From NCBI GenBank assembly GCA_964482725.1, contig CAYZYT010000005.1, positions 24,133-88,132 of the forward strand: a stretch of 64,000 nucleotides of DNA. Reading direction: 5' to 3'. This stretch comes from an uncultured bacterium (GTDB lineage Bacteria; Omnitrophota; Omnitrophia; Omnitrophales; Aquincolibacteriaceae). The notes under the pieces were generated by a model. The model had not been told where the DNA came from. It searched no databases and saw only the letters and a program-made list of their open reading frames with translations. The position numbers and the translations under genes are program-made. Positions 47,606 through 61,300 of this stretch are shown in pieces; positions within the stretch are counted from its first letter, which is position 1; every line of letters starts with the position of its first letter.

Positions 47606-49258
47606 CTATCCCTGAAACCGATTCGTGATCGGCATGCGACGACCGAACCACGCTTTTTCGGTCACGCGCAAAATAGGAGGTGTTTGTCGGCGCTTGTATT
47701 CGTTATGGTCGACCTTGCGAATCACATCGGTCACGACGTCTGCGGAAACTTTCTTTCTGAGCTTGCGGATCATTTCATCGCTGCTCATGTTTTTTTCAAT
47801 ATAAAGGCAGAGCACCTCATCCAGAATGTCATAGGACGGCAACGAATCCTGATCTTTCTGATTCGGGCGAAGTTCTGCGGAGGGAGCCTTGGTGAGAGTA
47901 GGCTCCGGGATCACTTTCGTGATCGTATTCCGGTAGCGCGCAAGCCGGTAGACGTCGGTCTTATAAACGTCCCCGATCACCGCCAGTCCGCCCGCCATAT
48001 CCCCATAAAGCGTGCAATATCCCATCGCCAGTTCGGATTTATTCCCGGTCGTAAGGACCAAGCGTCCCTCATCATTCGAAAGGAACATCAACTCCAACCC
48101 GCGCAACCGGGCCTGGAGATTTTCCATGGCCAGCGTCGGTCCTGTTTTTTTTGCATCTCGTCTCTTGTCTCTTGTGTCTTTATTCAGGAATGTCTCGTAC
48201 ATCCCCTTGATCGGCCGCGTCTCGAACTCAATGCCAAGATTTTTTGCCAGAGCCTCGGAATCTTTCCAGCTCCCCTGGGACGAGAACGGCCCGGGCATCG
48301 TCACACCCTTGACGGCCTCTTGACCCAAAGCATCCACCGCGATCACGGCCACAAGTGCCGAATCGATCCCGCCGCTCAAACCGATCACGGCTTTCTTGAA
48401 CCCGTTCTTCCGGAAATAATCCCGCACGCCCATCACAAGCGCCCGGTACGTTTCATCGACCTCGTCACACTTATGCGCTAGGACAATTTTCTCTTTAAGA
48501 AAGAAAAGGCCTTCCTCGAACGCAGGCGCTCGAAAAAGGATCTGCCCTTTCGCATCCACAAAGGTGCTCTGACCGTCAAAAAGAAGATCGTCCTGCCCCC
48601 CCACCTGGTTCACGTAAAGAATCGGAAAACCATATCGACGAGCGTGACCTTTGAGGAGTTGCTCACGAGCGAAAGACACATCGCGATAATAGGGCGAAGC
48701 GGAAATGTTGAGAATAAAATCGGCTTTCTTTTTCGCGAGTGCGGCAAGAGGCTTCACTTCGTAGCGCTCATCCCAGATATCTTCGCAAATCGTCAGACCG
48801 ATCTTATGGCCTTTAAACGAAATCACCTTCGTTTCGCAACCCGGCCGAAAGAAAATCTCCTCCAGAAACACATCGTAGGTGGGCAGCAATTGTTTGTGAT
48901 AGACGGTGCGGACCTTGCCTTTTTCGATCCAGGCCAAAGCATTGTGCGTATTCGCTGTGCTTCGATTTCCATGGATCTTGCAAGGAGCGATAAAGCCCAC
49001 AACCGCCGCTATCTTTTTACTGCGCGTAGCCGCCGCAATTTGATCGAGACACTTCATCCCTTCAGCCAGAAATTGCTTTTTATTGGCAAGATCCCAGACG
49101 GGATAGCCGCAAAGAGCGGCCTCGGGAAAAACGATCAGATCGGCGCCTTGCCGCTCCGCCAGATCGAGCCAACGCAGGATCCTCGCCGTATTACCGGCAT
49201 AATCGCCCACGGTGGGATTCATCTGCGCGATGGCGATCTTCAAGGGGATTTTCTTCAT
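47606..49258 (-). CDS. nadE: glutamine-dependent NAD+ synthetase
   Basis: N-terminal nitrilase/CN-hydrolase domain and a C-terminal NAD synthetase domain (GLSGGIDSALVA PP-loop SGGxDS). Confidence 0.9.
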   Translation of the reverse strand: MKKIPLKIAIAQMNPTVGDYAGNTARILRWLDLAERQGADLIVFPEAALCGYPVWDLANKKQFLAEGMKCLDQIAAATRSKKIAAVVGFIAPCKIHGNRSTANTHNALAWIEKGKVRTVYHKQLLPTYDVFLEEIFFRPGCETKVISFKGHKIGLTICEDIWDERYEVKPLAALAKKKADFILNISASPYYRDVSFAREQLLKGHARRYGFPILYVNQVGGQDDLLFDGQSTFVDAKGQILFRAPAFEEGLFFLKEKIVLAHKCDEVDETYRALVMGVRDYFRKNGFKKAVIGLSGGIDSALVAVIAVDALGQEAVKGVTMPGPFSSQGSWKDSEALAKNLGIEFETRPIKGMYETFLNKDTRDKRRDAKKTGPTLAMENLQARLRGLELMFLSNDEGRLVLTTGNKSELAMGYCTLYGDMAGGLAVIGDVYKTDVYRLARYRNTITKVIPEPTLTKAPSAELRPNQKDQDSLPSYDILDEVLCLYIEKNMSSDEMIRKLRKKVSADVVTDVIRKVDHNEYKRRQTPPILRVTEKAWFGRRMPITNRFQG

Positions 49259-49341
49259 AGGACGGAATTATATCACGCGCAACGGAAAATCAACTGGGAA
49301 TGATACCCTGGATCGTTCCCCGAAGGAAGTGGGGTGAAAGA

Positions 49342-52300
49342 TCACGCTGCGGTGGCAAAAACAAGATTATTGTCGTAACTTCGCTGGAGGGCATTGACCA
49401 AATTCTCGGCAACCCTCCAAAAACCATCCGAATCCTTATTCACCCCCACAAAACGGGCCGTTTCCCCGCCGCCAAGGGCCCAAAGAAGCGCAACCGCCAG
49501 AGACCCGCTTTTCTGACCCTGAGTTTTAAAGAAAGAAACCCTCTTTCTCAGGCGCTGGACCAGTTCCGTGGAGGGAAGGATCTTCTTTGAAAGATGAATA
49601 CTCGGCGCATTCGGCCGGTCAAAGCGGCTCTGAGCTCCCGCCAAGTCTTGACCGGTCCTCGTCACGCGATCAAGCTTCAAAAGAGCCCCGAGCTCTTTAT
49701 CCTGCACCTGCCCGCGCTCATTATAAACCACCACATGAAGCGCTTTATTCGATAGCGCCACGATCAAGTATTCCTGTTTCTGAGCCAGAGAAAGATTCTG
49801 AAAATCTTCCGCATCCACAAATACCGTCGCCGGCTGAACGCCCATACGAACATTCCTCACCATCCGGTCGCCGAGATCCCCCGATATCACCCTCTCAGAA
49901 ACCACCGCTACCCGAGGCTGAAGACTTGCGATAAATGATTCAGACCCCATCTTTTGAGTAGTGGCTTGCAACCTCTTTTGGGCAACATCTTCCCCTTTCG
50001 AATCCCGCACCTCGGAGCGGTCCGCGGGTAATGCCTTGAGATAATTCTCAACGTCACTCAGGATCTTACGATAATCTTCCCGGGCGATCACCTCCGGACG
50101 CTGGGACAGGGCCTCACGGAACTCACGCGTAAGTACGCCTAATTCCCGAGCTTCCTCAGTACTTCCCCTTTCGATCACAAAATCCGCCTGTTCCCGGGTG
50201 GGATCCACAAAAGATTTCTCACCCGCCGCCACATTATCCCAAAGCGCCAGAGTCCGGAATGGATCGCTGAACTTTCTGACCTCAACATCCCGGAAAAGTC
50301 TCCGCATGAACCGGATCTGCCACGGCGTGTCGAGAAAGATCTTCAAAACCGGCACGTCAGGCCCTAAGGCAGACATCACTCTCGGATGCAGTGAATGAAG
50401 TCCTTCCACCCCAATAATGTCGCGACCTCCCAACTGAGAGGTCCTGGCAGGCTCCGCAACGCCAAAAGTACTGGCTGGGATCACCGCCGTACCGTCCCTA
50501 TTCAGCTTTCGGATCGTTTCCGTCATCACGGGAAGATTGTAAGCATCGATATGATCAAAATCAGGCTTGCCGTTTCGAAGAGGACATTCATCCTCCGGCT
50601 TAAAATAGCGATCTTCGGGGACCCATTCAATCTTCCGACCCTGCCCCGCCATCAGACGATTGAACTCATCGAGCATCCATGTTTTTCCGGTAGCGGAAGG
50701 TCCCCCCACAAGCAGAACCGCTCTCGCCGGCAACTGTCGAAGTCTTTCAGAAACAACTCCGCTCAGAACGTCCCAAGTCCCACGGCCCCTTTTCTCGGCC
50801 AGATCTTTCCTGACTTGTGTTTCCATCTGATCGACAATCCCGGAGATGGTCTGGTCGGAGCCGTTTACGATCACGACCGCGTCCGATGGCTGGCGAAGCG
50901 GGGCAAAGGTGCGCCGGCGATCGAGATCATCGCGCTGCTGTATCTTGGCCATAACATCCTCGATCGAAACAGCCTGGGAACCTTCTTTCGCCCGGAACTG
51001 TTCCGCGCGGCGCCTGGCCCGCACTTCGACGGGAGAATCCAAATAAAATTTGGTACCCGTGGCATCCGGGAATACTTCGGTACCCATCTGTCGGCCATCC
51101 ACGACGGCATTATATTTCTCACCGGTCTCGCGGATCTTTTGAAGGACAAATATCTGAACGGCTTTATATTGCGAGACTTCCGCCACCACGCGCGTCACTT
51201 CCTGAGAACGGATCACATCCGTCACGCTCGCGCGGTCCAGAAGAACCTGCAAATCGCTCCCTTTCGCATCGAGAGATACGCTCGTCTTTTCAAGAACCGC
51301 CGTCACGGCAGCTTCGTTCAGCGGATCGATCCCTTCCCGGATCATTTTGTAGGCGATGGCTCTAAAAATGACGCCCGAGTCCACGTACAGGTATCCGAGG
51401 CGCCGCGCCAATTCCAGCCCGGCGGTTCCCTTCCCCGATCCTGACGGCCCGTCTATGGTCACCACAACGGTGCTCAGCGGATTCATTTTAAGAGCGAGCG
51501 TTTTCCCGGCCTCGCGCACGTCCGAACGGTTTTGAGCGCGCACCGCAGGACGGGAGCTAACAAACTTTTGAATCTCGGCCACATCCTTCGCCGGGGCGTT
51601 ACTCACGCCGATATAGACGTCGAACTTCCCGTTCGGAACCTTTCTCATCTGCTCTATTTTCCGGTCGATCCACACACCGGGCACCCACTTGGGGAGTACG
51701 GTCCGCTTCTTGAAAAACTGCCTGTATTCTTGTTTGGCGAGATCTTGAACCGTTTTCGAAAGCAGGAATTCCTTGATTCCCTCCAGGGAAAATCTCACAA
51801 AGACATCTTTATTGTCCTCGATCTCCACCGACGGCATGCTATGGGGGCCGTTTTTCATGAATGCCACGATCGCCCGGTTGACATAGCCATCATCCATTTC
51901 TCCAAAATAGACAATATTACGGATCTTCTTGTACTTCGGGTTCTCGACCAGGACACGCATGTGCGGGTATTTTGCCGAATCCAACCCCCCGATCACTTGT
52001 TGATAAAGTTTGCGGAGGCTTAAAAAGAACTTGAACTCGAAAACCGTATTTTTACTCACGGCGTCCCATTCCTTCCCCGAGGAATCCCGGACAAATTCAT
52101 GGATCGCCCGGATCACGCCCACGTTGATCTTTTTCAGGGACTTACTCCGTTTGATGACCTCCCGGTAAACCCCGGAGATCTCCCCCGCCAGGCCCACCAT
52201 CTTGTCGCGAGGATTTCTCGGCCCCAGCATCGCCTCGACCATATCCGCGACCGACTCGAAGACAGCGGCATGAACCACCTTCGCCCCAGGACCGTTGAAG

Positions 52301-55300
52301 GCAAGCAGCTCACGGATCTTTTTTTCTAATGCCGCGAAGGAGAACTTCCATTCCCGGAATATCGAGATCACGGCCAGAGCGTCATTGAGCTCAGCCGCAC
52401 TGAGCTCGATCTTCGGCCGCTTGGCCGGACGGGCCGCATCGTCCGGTTTGCCGGTCCGATCGTTTCTAAGAACAAACTGACGGAGCTCCCGGCTCAAGGA
52501 CTTCTGACCTTTCAGGTAGGGCTCAAACGACTCCTGGACCTTACGGATCGTGTTGAGAACGGACTGCCTTTGTTCAGGGGCCGCCGTCGCCCCGTCGCCG
52601 AGGATCCTCGCCCCGTCTCTCCGGTAGAACCATCCCAGAAAATCCACCAAAAAATATCCGGGAAGTATATCGATCTCTGCGTCCGTCAAGCCTTGTTTGC
52701 CCGCGGTCCTCTGATAAACCGACAAGGCCCGGAGGAGATACTGCTCCAAATGATCCGTCACATAACCCTGCCGTGGATGCCCTGTCCGGAAAACAACCGA
52801 TGTAAAATCTTCCATTCTGTGACCGAATCGGACATCTTCCCAATCGGTAATTGCGCGTATCCTCCCGGCAGCATCAAAAAAGCAATTGGCGATATTCATA
52901 TCGGAGTTAATAGGCTTTTTCGGAATTTTCTTCGAGAGCGCCCAAACCCCGGGGAAAACATCATCCAAAACCGAGAGGATCGTCCGCGCCTCATCCGGAG
53001 CATAGGCTTGAAGAATACGCTCGCGTCCGTTCGTCCGGCTTTCCTCCATTTGCTCATAATTCCGGCTGCGGGTCCACCGGCCAAGCCCCGCCCAACGTTC
53101 CTCGGACACGTCCAGGGTGGCTGCATGGCTCGAGGCAAGCCATCGAACCACTTCATCGAGCATGGGGGGGGAAGCCTCTTCCCGGTATACATTTTTCAAT
53201 CCCTCGATCCAATTCTCGACCACAAAATATTCTTTGAGATGCGTCGACTGATTAGAAATGCTGAAAATGAGATTAGCGGGTTCACTCATTCCAAAACGAA
53301 AAAGCGCCGGAATAGGGATCCCCTTACGCATATTCCGGTGGATGATATCCGCGATAAACAGGCTCTCCCGTTCTTCGTTCGCCGAACTCAACCGGGAAAG
53401 CTTCTTCAGACAAAATAGCCCCTGTTCCGTTTTAAGGATCGGGATATCTCTTCCGTCATGCCTCTTGAACCGAACGGATTTTAGTGCACCAAGCCCGTAT
53501 TCCGTGAACAGCCGGGCGACATCCTCGTCCGTCCACCCCGCGAAGGCCTCCCTCGCCCTGGGAATTCCAAGAAGCGCGGACGGACTCACCTCCGTCTTGT
53601 CCCCCGGACCTCCACGCATCTCGGAGCGAACCACAAGCGAGTCCCGAGTAGTACTTGAATCAACAGAATTCAAGTGCATCTCGGAGCGAGCCTCACGCGA
53701 GTCCCGAGAAGTCTTTGGCGCAACAGGCGTCAAAGGCATCTCGGAGCGAGCAACGGTGATGAAAATTGCGGCGGTGCGCAGGTAGCGGCCTTGTGAGGAA
53801 GGTAAGGCATAGTCACCATTCGCCCATATCTTTGCATTGCCTCCATGGTCAAGAAGCATCGCTTGACTAAGGCCATATTTCGAGGCTAATGCCGCGCTTT
53901 CAACCAACGTGGAACCCTTACGACCGGATTTCCCCGAGATCCCAAGAACCACAAGTTCCCCGCCGGGAGTCAAGCCCATAAGGGTCCGCGGATATATCCC
54001 CGGTTTGAAAAATATTTTTATCTTCCCTTCCTCGAATTTGAACTGCCCTCGCTCCGTAATTTCACCGTCATTTTCGAGATACCCGCTATCCTTCAACGCC
54101 TTTCGGAGAACGGCTTCCGGAACCGCAACCTCCGTGGTCACTCGATCCGTTCCCTCTTTGAAGCTGAGAGCAACGGTCAGATCCATCCGCACCGGACTTT
54201 TCCAGGCGTTCTGGGCCAACGCATAACCGTTCCGGGACATTTGAGAAACATCAAAATAGATTTCTTCCTTGGAAGCCAACTTCCCCGTTGATGAATCGGG
54301 AAGGTCTCTGGCCAGGATTTTGGGTAAGGTATAAACATGCCGCAGATCTTGAAATTGGGGAATGATCGATTCGATGTCTTCCCGCGGATGACCTCTTCCG
54401 TCCAGTAAGAACTGTCCGAAGGTCGCGTAGTCGATATCTTTTTGAATCTCCCCCCCATTCGCGAAAGCATGGATCGTTCCGTTATTTCCGGCCCGGTAAG
54501 AAACATCCTCCATCAAAAACGTCCCGTTCTTCCGGAGGATCAACGAAGAATACGGATGAGCCCGGATATCCTCGCCGACCGGATAAAAGAGCTTCCCGTG
54601 TGCGAAGGTCACGAATCCTTGATTGGCGAATAAACTCGAATTGTCCACGGCAGCCACCACGGTCTGAGACGGATGGCTTGCTTCAAAACGCCGGATCATC
54701 GCGTCATCCGTTTCGATCTTTTCATGGACTGCGGCATTATCGGTTATCAAAGAACCATCGGCCTCGCGAAAAAAAGCGGTTTCCGTGTTCCGGTCAATGC
54801 CGAATCTTCCCTGAAGTTCCTCCTGGATGGCCACATGAACGCCCCTGCCTGAGGATGGCGAAATTCGAAAGGAAACCACTTCCGAAGACCCCGCCTGAAA
54901 TTGAACCGTCTCTTTTGCGACGGGGAGATACCTCACCTCGGAGCGCCGGCTCGAAGCAGTTAACGCCGTTTTTACTTCTGAGCTCAGAGACTTTTCTCCG
55001 TTAAAGTACGGCGCAAATTGCTTTTGAATTTCCTTGATCGCCCGGAGGATCATCGTCCTCTGGTTCGGGGTCGCTTCTCTTCCTTGCCCCGTCACTCCCT
55101 TCAGATCTTTCACATAAAACCAGCCCAGAAAATCCACGAGAAAGAACCCGGGAAGGCTGTCGATCTCTTCATCCGTCAGCCGCCGGTCTCCCGCGGCCTC
55201 CTGGTAGGCTTGCAGGATTTGGATCAGATCCCGCTCCAGATGTCCGACCACATAACCTTGGCGAGGTCGTCCGGTGCGAAAAAGGATCGAGGTGAAATCT

Positions 55301-58300
55301 TCGATCCGGTAACCCAACCTCGAAGCTTCCCAATCCGTGATCTCGCGGATCTTTCCGTCAGCGTCAAAAAAACAGTTCGCGAAATTAAAATCGGAGCTGA
55401 TGGGCTTGAGCGGAAGTTTCCGGAGCAACGAGGAAACCTTGGGAAGGGCCTGGTCCAAGACGGACAATATCGTCTCGCTATCTTCTTCCGAATAAAATCG
55501 TTTGATCTGCTCCCGGTCCTCGACGCGGCCCCGCTCCATATCCCGGAGCTGCCATTCACGGGTCCACCGCTCCAGCCCCTTCCAATCCGAATCGGTCACA
55601 TCCTCCGTCGCGGCGTGGATCCGATACAGCCATCGAGCGGCCTCTTGCAACATTTCGGGCGTCGCCTCTTCGCGATGGACGCTTGGGTATTCCGTGATCC
55701 ATCTTTCAACCATAAAGTATTCTTGGGTGTGCAACTCGGTGTCCGTGATCCTGAAGAATAAATTTTCGCGCTTTTCCTCTCCAAGACGATAAAGCGCCGG
55801 AATGGGGGTTCCCTTCTGTTTATTCCGATGAACCGTATCCGCGATAAAAAGCATCTGCCTTTCCCTGTCGATCGGATCGAAAGTCGTGATCTTTTTGAGG
55901 CCAAAGAACCCACGAGTCGTTTCAAGAATGGGAATACTTTTATCATTATGCGCTCTCAATTGAACCGCCTTTAGCTCACCGAGCCCGTATTCTTTAAAAA
56001 GCCTCGCGATGTCCTCATCCGCCCATCCCTGGAAGGCTTCCCTCGCCCCGGGAATTCCAAGAAGCACGGACTGACTCACTTCCGTCTTGTCCCCCGGACT
56101 TTTGGCGGCAGCCTCGCGCAGCGGGTATTCATTCATAGAAAGGTTGTGATGGGCGAAAATATTCATCGAATGGACTAGCTGTAATTTCTCTGCGCGTATC
56201 CTTCCAAAAGTATCCTCCCGATGCCTTTTCACCCATTCAAGAAGCTGCGCTCTTTCGTCACGCGTCAATTCCCTGATAGGAGAATAAAGCGTGATCACTC
56301 GCCGTTCCGGCGTTTTTCCGTCAAAAAGGATCGTCTCGGCCTGTATCCGGCCGTCCTCGGGATCCACCGTGACTCCCTGAACCCAAATATCAAAAGGTTC
56401 CCTTGCCTTGGCCATTTGTCCGGTTTTCTCCTGAGCATCTTGGATCTTTTCATCTGAGAAAGGTTGCTTCTGTAGGTGGAATGTCTCCAAAGTAAGGTGG
56501 TAGGCCTCGCGCGGAAAAATAAAGAATTTCTGGGCGAAGGGTTGTTTTGAAAATTCATCGGTAAGTCGGATCAACCCGCGTACGGTCTCATGACCTTCTT
56601 CGGGGTACACAGCAGCGGACAAACTGTAAAGAACCGCTGGGACACCTTCCCGGTTGGCGACACGCTCCCAGAGATTGATCTTCAGCCCCGGAACTTTTCT
56701 GAATTCAACGTATCTGGAATAGGACTCTTCCGTATAAAGTCGTCCCGCGGCTATCGCCTGCTCGGCCTTCAGGAAAGACGGCTCAAAAACAGTCCGCCGC
56801 GCCTCATCCAGGATCGTTTGTTCTTCCGGTGTCCTTACCTCGGAGCGGACTATCGGGTCGGATGGATCGGGCCTCGCATCATCATAAAGGGAACGCACAT
56901 CGGCCCAAAATTCCTTGCCGTCCCATTTGAACGGCATTCCGTAAATAACGAACCGCTGATCCTTCGTCAGTGCCGGCGGCATCTGTGCCTTGACCGCTGC
57001 CAGATCACAAATGTCGGGGATCTGATCTATGGCCGCTTCGATCTTTTTGTTGATGACGTCGGCCGCATACCAAAATTCGACAGGGTATTTTCTCAGGCGG
57101 AGATTACTGTTAAAGACCGCTTCCCCGCCTGGCGCAAGCAGTGAGATCTGGCCCAGGAGCCGCAACCATTTAGCCCATCGCTTGTAGGCATCATCCCCCT
57201 TAGCAAGTCGCGTCGAAACCATCATCAGCGAATTCAGGATATCGATCGAATCGCGCCACTGTCCGCGAAGCTTCTCTTCTTCCGCCCCAAAAATCGCCCC
57301 GATAGTCTTATTAAGATCTGAAACCTCTTCCGGGGTCAGGTCCTGATCCGAATTCATGGAGGATTTCGCCAGCTTTTCAAACCGGTACTGGTCATAATTC
57401 CGGAGAGACCGGTCCCGCGCTTCCGAATCGAGCCACGTCACCACCGTCGCGAGCCTTGCCGGGTAATACACCATACTGTCCGGAAGCACACTCGCCGCAT
57501 CCGCGATATTGTGCAGCAACAACTTCTCAAAACCTTTTTCATCAAGCCCTTCCTTGAATTTTGTGTAACGCAACTCTCCGAGATACAGCGATCCTGCACT
57601 CATGTGGCGTCGGATAAGCGAAGAAACAGCCCGAGCCCTCTGCGAAGACATGAGAAGATCGCTCTGGAAGAAAGATTCTGCATAATCCGCCCCGCTTGCC
57701 TCATGCCCCACATCCGCGTTGCCAAAGATGTATCCAAAATCATGGGCTTTGATCTCAAGCCACATTTCCGTTTTTTCATCCAGCGTTAATGCATCATAAA
57801 CGGACTTCACCCGTCCAAGATCTTTCCGGTACCCATCCTTATCAGGTGAGGTGGTTCCGTGCTTTAAGCGGTTGAGAAAGTAATCAAAATTGCCGGTGGT
57901 AAGGGCGCGAAAGAAACGTTCAACACGTATCATGTGCCGTGCTTTCTCGGGATTAGCTTCCAACGGTTTCTCTTCATTTCCCTCTTTGATCTTCCGGAAC
58001 GGTTCGCTGGCCGAAAGATCGAATTTCTCAACCTCGAGATCCGGAAGGTAAGTATTAACGATCTTCATCGTCGCATCGCTGACAGGCTCCGGGCCCTTAA
58101 GCCCTGAAAGGGCCTCAAGGATCTCATCGATAGTGATCTTGACATAATCCTTCTGGCCCGCCGACTTCGTCTGAGAGCGTTCCGCTTCCGCCTCGGCAAG
58201 ATAGCCTTCTAACATTTTTGCTACATCCCGCGCCTCGGAGCGAACGGACAGAAGACCTGCGCCTTGCGCCTCCCGAGAAACATTTTCCACTTCAGCCGCA

Positions 58301-61300
58301 TCCGATTCCGGAGAAACCATGTCGTTATAAACATCAGAAAGCACTACGCTGGCTTGCTGAGCGGTTATGGGCAAAAGCAGAGCAGGCGATTTTTCAGTCA
58401 CTGAATGTTCTTGAACCGCTTTTAAAAAAGAAGAACCGATAGCTTTCAGATTGGCCGAAAAAGCAAAACGCTCTTCGGCTGATTTTCTGGCCATCGCCCC
58501 CATTTGATCCCTCTCCGCCTCATCACCCGCAAGTTGACCGATCCTCCGCGCCAGATCCCGGTAATTTCCACGAGGAATCACAAAACCGGTGACACCCTCG
58601 ACCAAAGTTTCAGGCAGCCCTCCTCCGTCAGAAACGATGGCAGGAACACCGCTGGCCTGCGCCTCCACCGGGACGAGACCGAAGGGTTCAGCTCCCAACG
58701 TGGGATAGACCACAAGATACGATGCGTCATACCAGCGCCTCATTTGTTCGACTGACTGGCCTCCCACAAAAAGGACTTCCACCTTGAGGCTCTTCGCAAG
58801 ATCCTGCAGCTTGGCAAGATCATTTTGCAATGGATTGTGCTCGGGCCCCAAAACAACAAAAGACAATTGAGAGCTCCGTGCGGGATCCTGTCTCAATAGT
58901 TCTGCGGCAGCACGGAGGGTAACCTCCTGGCCCTTGCGGGGCTCGATACGGCTCGGGTGAAGGATGATTTTCTTGCCCGAAAGGCCATACTGCTTACGAA
59001 GCGCCTCAACAGACATACGATCTTCGGCATTCCGTTCTTGAAGAAAATAGCTCATGTCAGAAATAGGATATAGGCGCTCTACTTTTTCACTGCCAAGGTC
59101 TGAAAAAATCTTCTGAAAGGCATTACTGCATGTCACCGCCGCATCCGAGTTCCTTACCAAATAGGCAACCCCTTCCGTAATGGCGCCGCCATGGAAAAAG
59201 TAATGAGAAGGGATCCGTAACTGGTGAGAAAATGAAAGGGCGGTTTTCAAAAGGATAAACTGCGCTTTTGAGCTATTCAGAGCGATCAGATCGATCGGCA
59301 TCCGTCTCTGGATCTCAGCGAGAAGCCTTTCCAAATGGATGCTTACTTCCCCGTCCGTGAGAGGAATGTTGTCAGGACTCCTTTTAGGAATCCCATGGAG
59401 CACAAGGCGGTTCCCGCTTTTGGGGGCCTCAAACAATGTTTCCGATGGCTCTGTCCCCGCACCCAGGTACAGAAGCTCGAACGTAAATCCTTTTTCTGTT
59501 CTCAAGAGCGTCTTGATCAAATTCTGCTGGTAAGTCTGTATCCCACCTATTTTAAGCTGCTGAGGACTGATGGAAAGTACATGCCGCACGCCCTTCGCAC
59601 CAAGCTCACCTCCGGGCAAAGACGGAACGGTCCCCTCGTTCAATTCACGGAAGAAACGCGCCCAGTTTTCCTTCAAAAGCGCCTCACGTTGCTTTTCCGA
59701 CAGGACCGATTTATCAGAAACAGTTGGTGACCCAGCTGCCAATAGTCGCATCTCGGAGCGAGCTTCAAGCGAGTCCCGAGTAGTACTTGAATCAACAGGA
59801 TTCAAGGGCATCTCGGAGCGAGCCTCACGCGAGTCCCGAGAAGTACTTGAATCAACAGAATTCAAATGCATCTCGGAGCGGACAGAAGAAGTAGCAGTCG
59901 GTGCCGTTGCAGGTTCCGCTAAAACCTCTGTCGGAAAATTCGTGATTTTATAAAGAGCGTAGGGCTTCCCTTCAAAGAGAAAGGATTCAACGAGAGCGCC
60001 CTGCAGCGGGTACGCTTTGGGCTCATCTTTGCGGGATTTCGGCCAGGGCTTATAATTAAAACGTTTCACGGCAGGGGGCACTTTCTCAGCCTGCAGTGCA
60101 ATAAAGAAACCTTTTTTTGCTTTAAACAAATAAGATTCCTCATTGCGAGCCCAGGCAATCGGCCGAAAGCTCTCCAATCCGACCAGCAGGGGTTCTCCCT
60201 GAACATGCAAGCGTGCAAGCCTGCTACCTTTCAGAAGGGCTGCGATGTGTTCTCCATCCGAACCCGTCAGGAGGTTGCCAAGGACCCCCCAAAGAGAGAC
60301 TTGAAATATCATAAGCGAAACACCCGGGAAAAAACCCAGATACCACAAAATGAAGGATACGCAAGCAACGCTAAGTTCCATCAAAGGACCCGATACAGCA
60401 ATCCAAATACGTTGGATGGGGAGAAGTCTAAAATCGTCAGGCGAGTACGTGGTAACAAATCCCGGAAAAAGGCTATAAACAATATCCTGGACAGTCGCTT
60501 GCCCGTCAGCCTTCCCTCTTTTTTGAATTATCTTCGCCGAGATAAAATGACCTGCCTCATGCGCCGCTACTGCGCTAATGGCAATCAAGGCAAAAACAAA
60601 TCCCAAAAAAGGCATGTCGATCACGAATGCGCCATAAATACTCTTATAAGATTCAATCCGTTTTTTGACCGCACGACTTGGCTGTCTCGAAAGAAAAGGG
60701 CTGTACTCGGAAATGAACAATTCGCGGATAACAAAAGCTAGACTGAATGCGGTGAACATCACTATTCCGGGCATGCGATCGAGAACAAAAAAAGCCCCTG
60801 TCACGGAAAGAACAGCACGGAGAAGGTTGAGTCTCCGGTTAAAGGTTGCCACCTTTTTCCAGTCGAACACGCCGTGTCGCTTAAGATAAGATTCGTACTG
60901 ACTGACAAAAAAATGGATCGCATCCGAAAATATTTTATTACTGAAAACCACAAGACCCCAGGCAAGCCCGAATAGTACCGTCACAAAACCAAAACCGATA
61001 ACCCTTTGCCCAAACTTCATCGGGTTAACAAAATAGTCACGCAGAGCTTTTCCGATCGGCACGCGCTTTGCAGCCTGCGTGACGCTCTCCCCCCCGGAGG
61101 CATTTCGAACCACCGGCTGGGCTTGAGAAGGCAATGAAAATACTGGATCGGGTACCGGAAGGCGCCGGATCGAGAAATTGTCCGCAAGGTGGACCAGCTC
61201 CGCTTTCTCCGCACGGAACAAGCCCATCACCCGATCGCGATTCCGGATAACCCAGCTTTGCACCTGGCTTGTCTCATCCGCCGTCAAGGGCTCGAGGGGC

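Noticed and set aside
48130-48185. TCTCTTG repeats inside nadE
   Set aside because: It is a coding low-complexity insert (KDTRDKRRDAKK) in a loop region and is in-frame. It is not a separate element.
50395-57144. Plus-strand ORFs inside giant gene 2 (for example 50395..51444, 52570..53418, 55018..55761)
   Set aside because: Antisense shadow ORFs of the giant minus-strand gene; no recognisable motifs.
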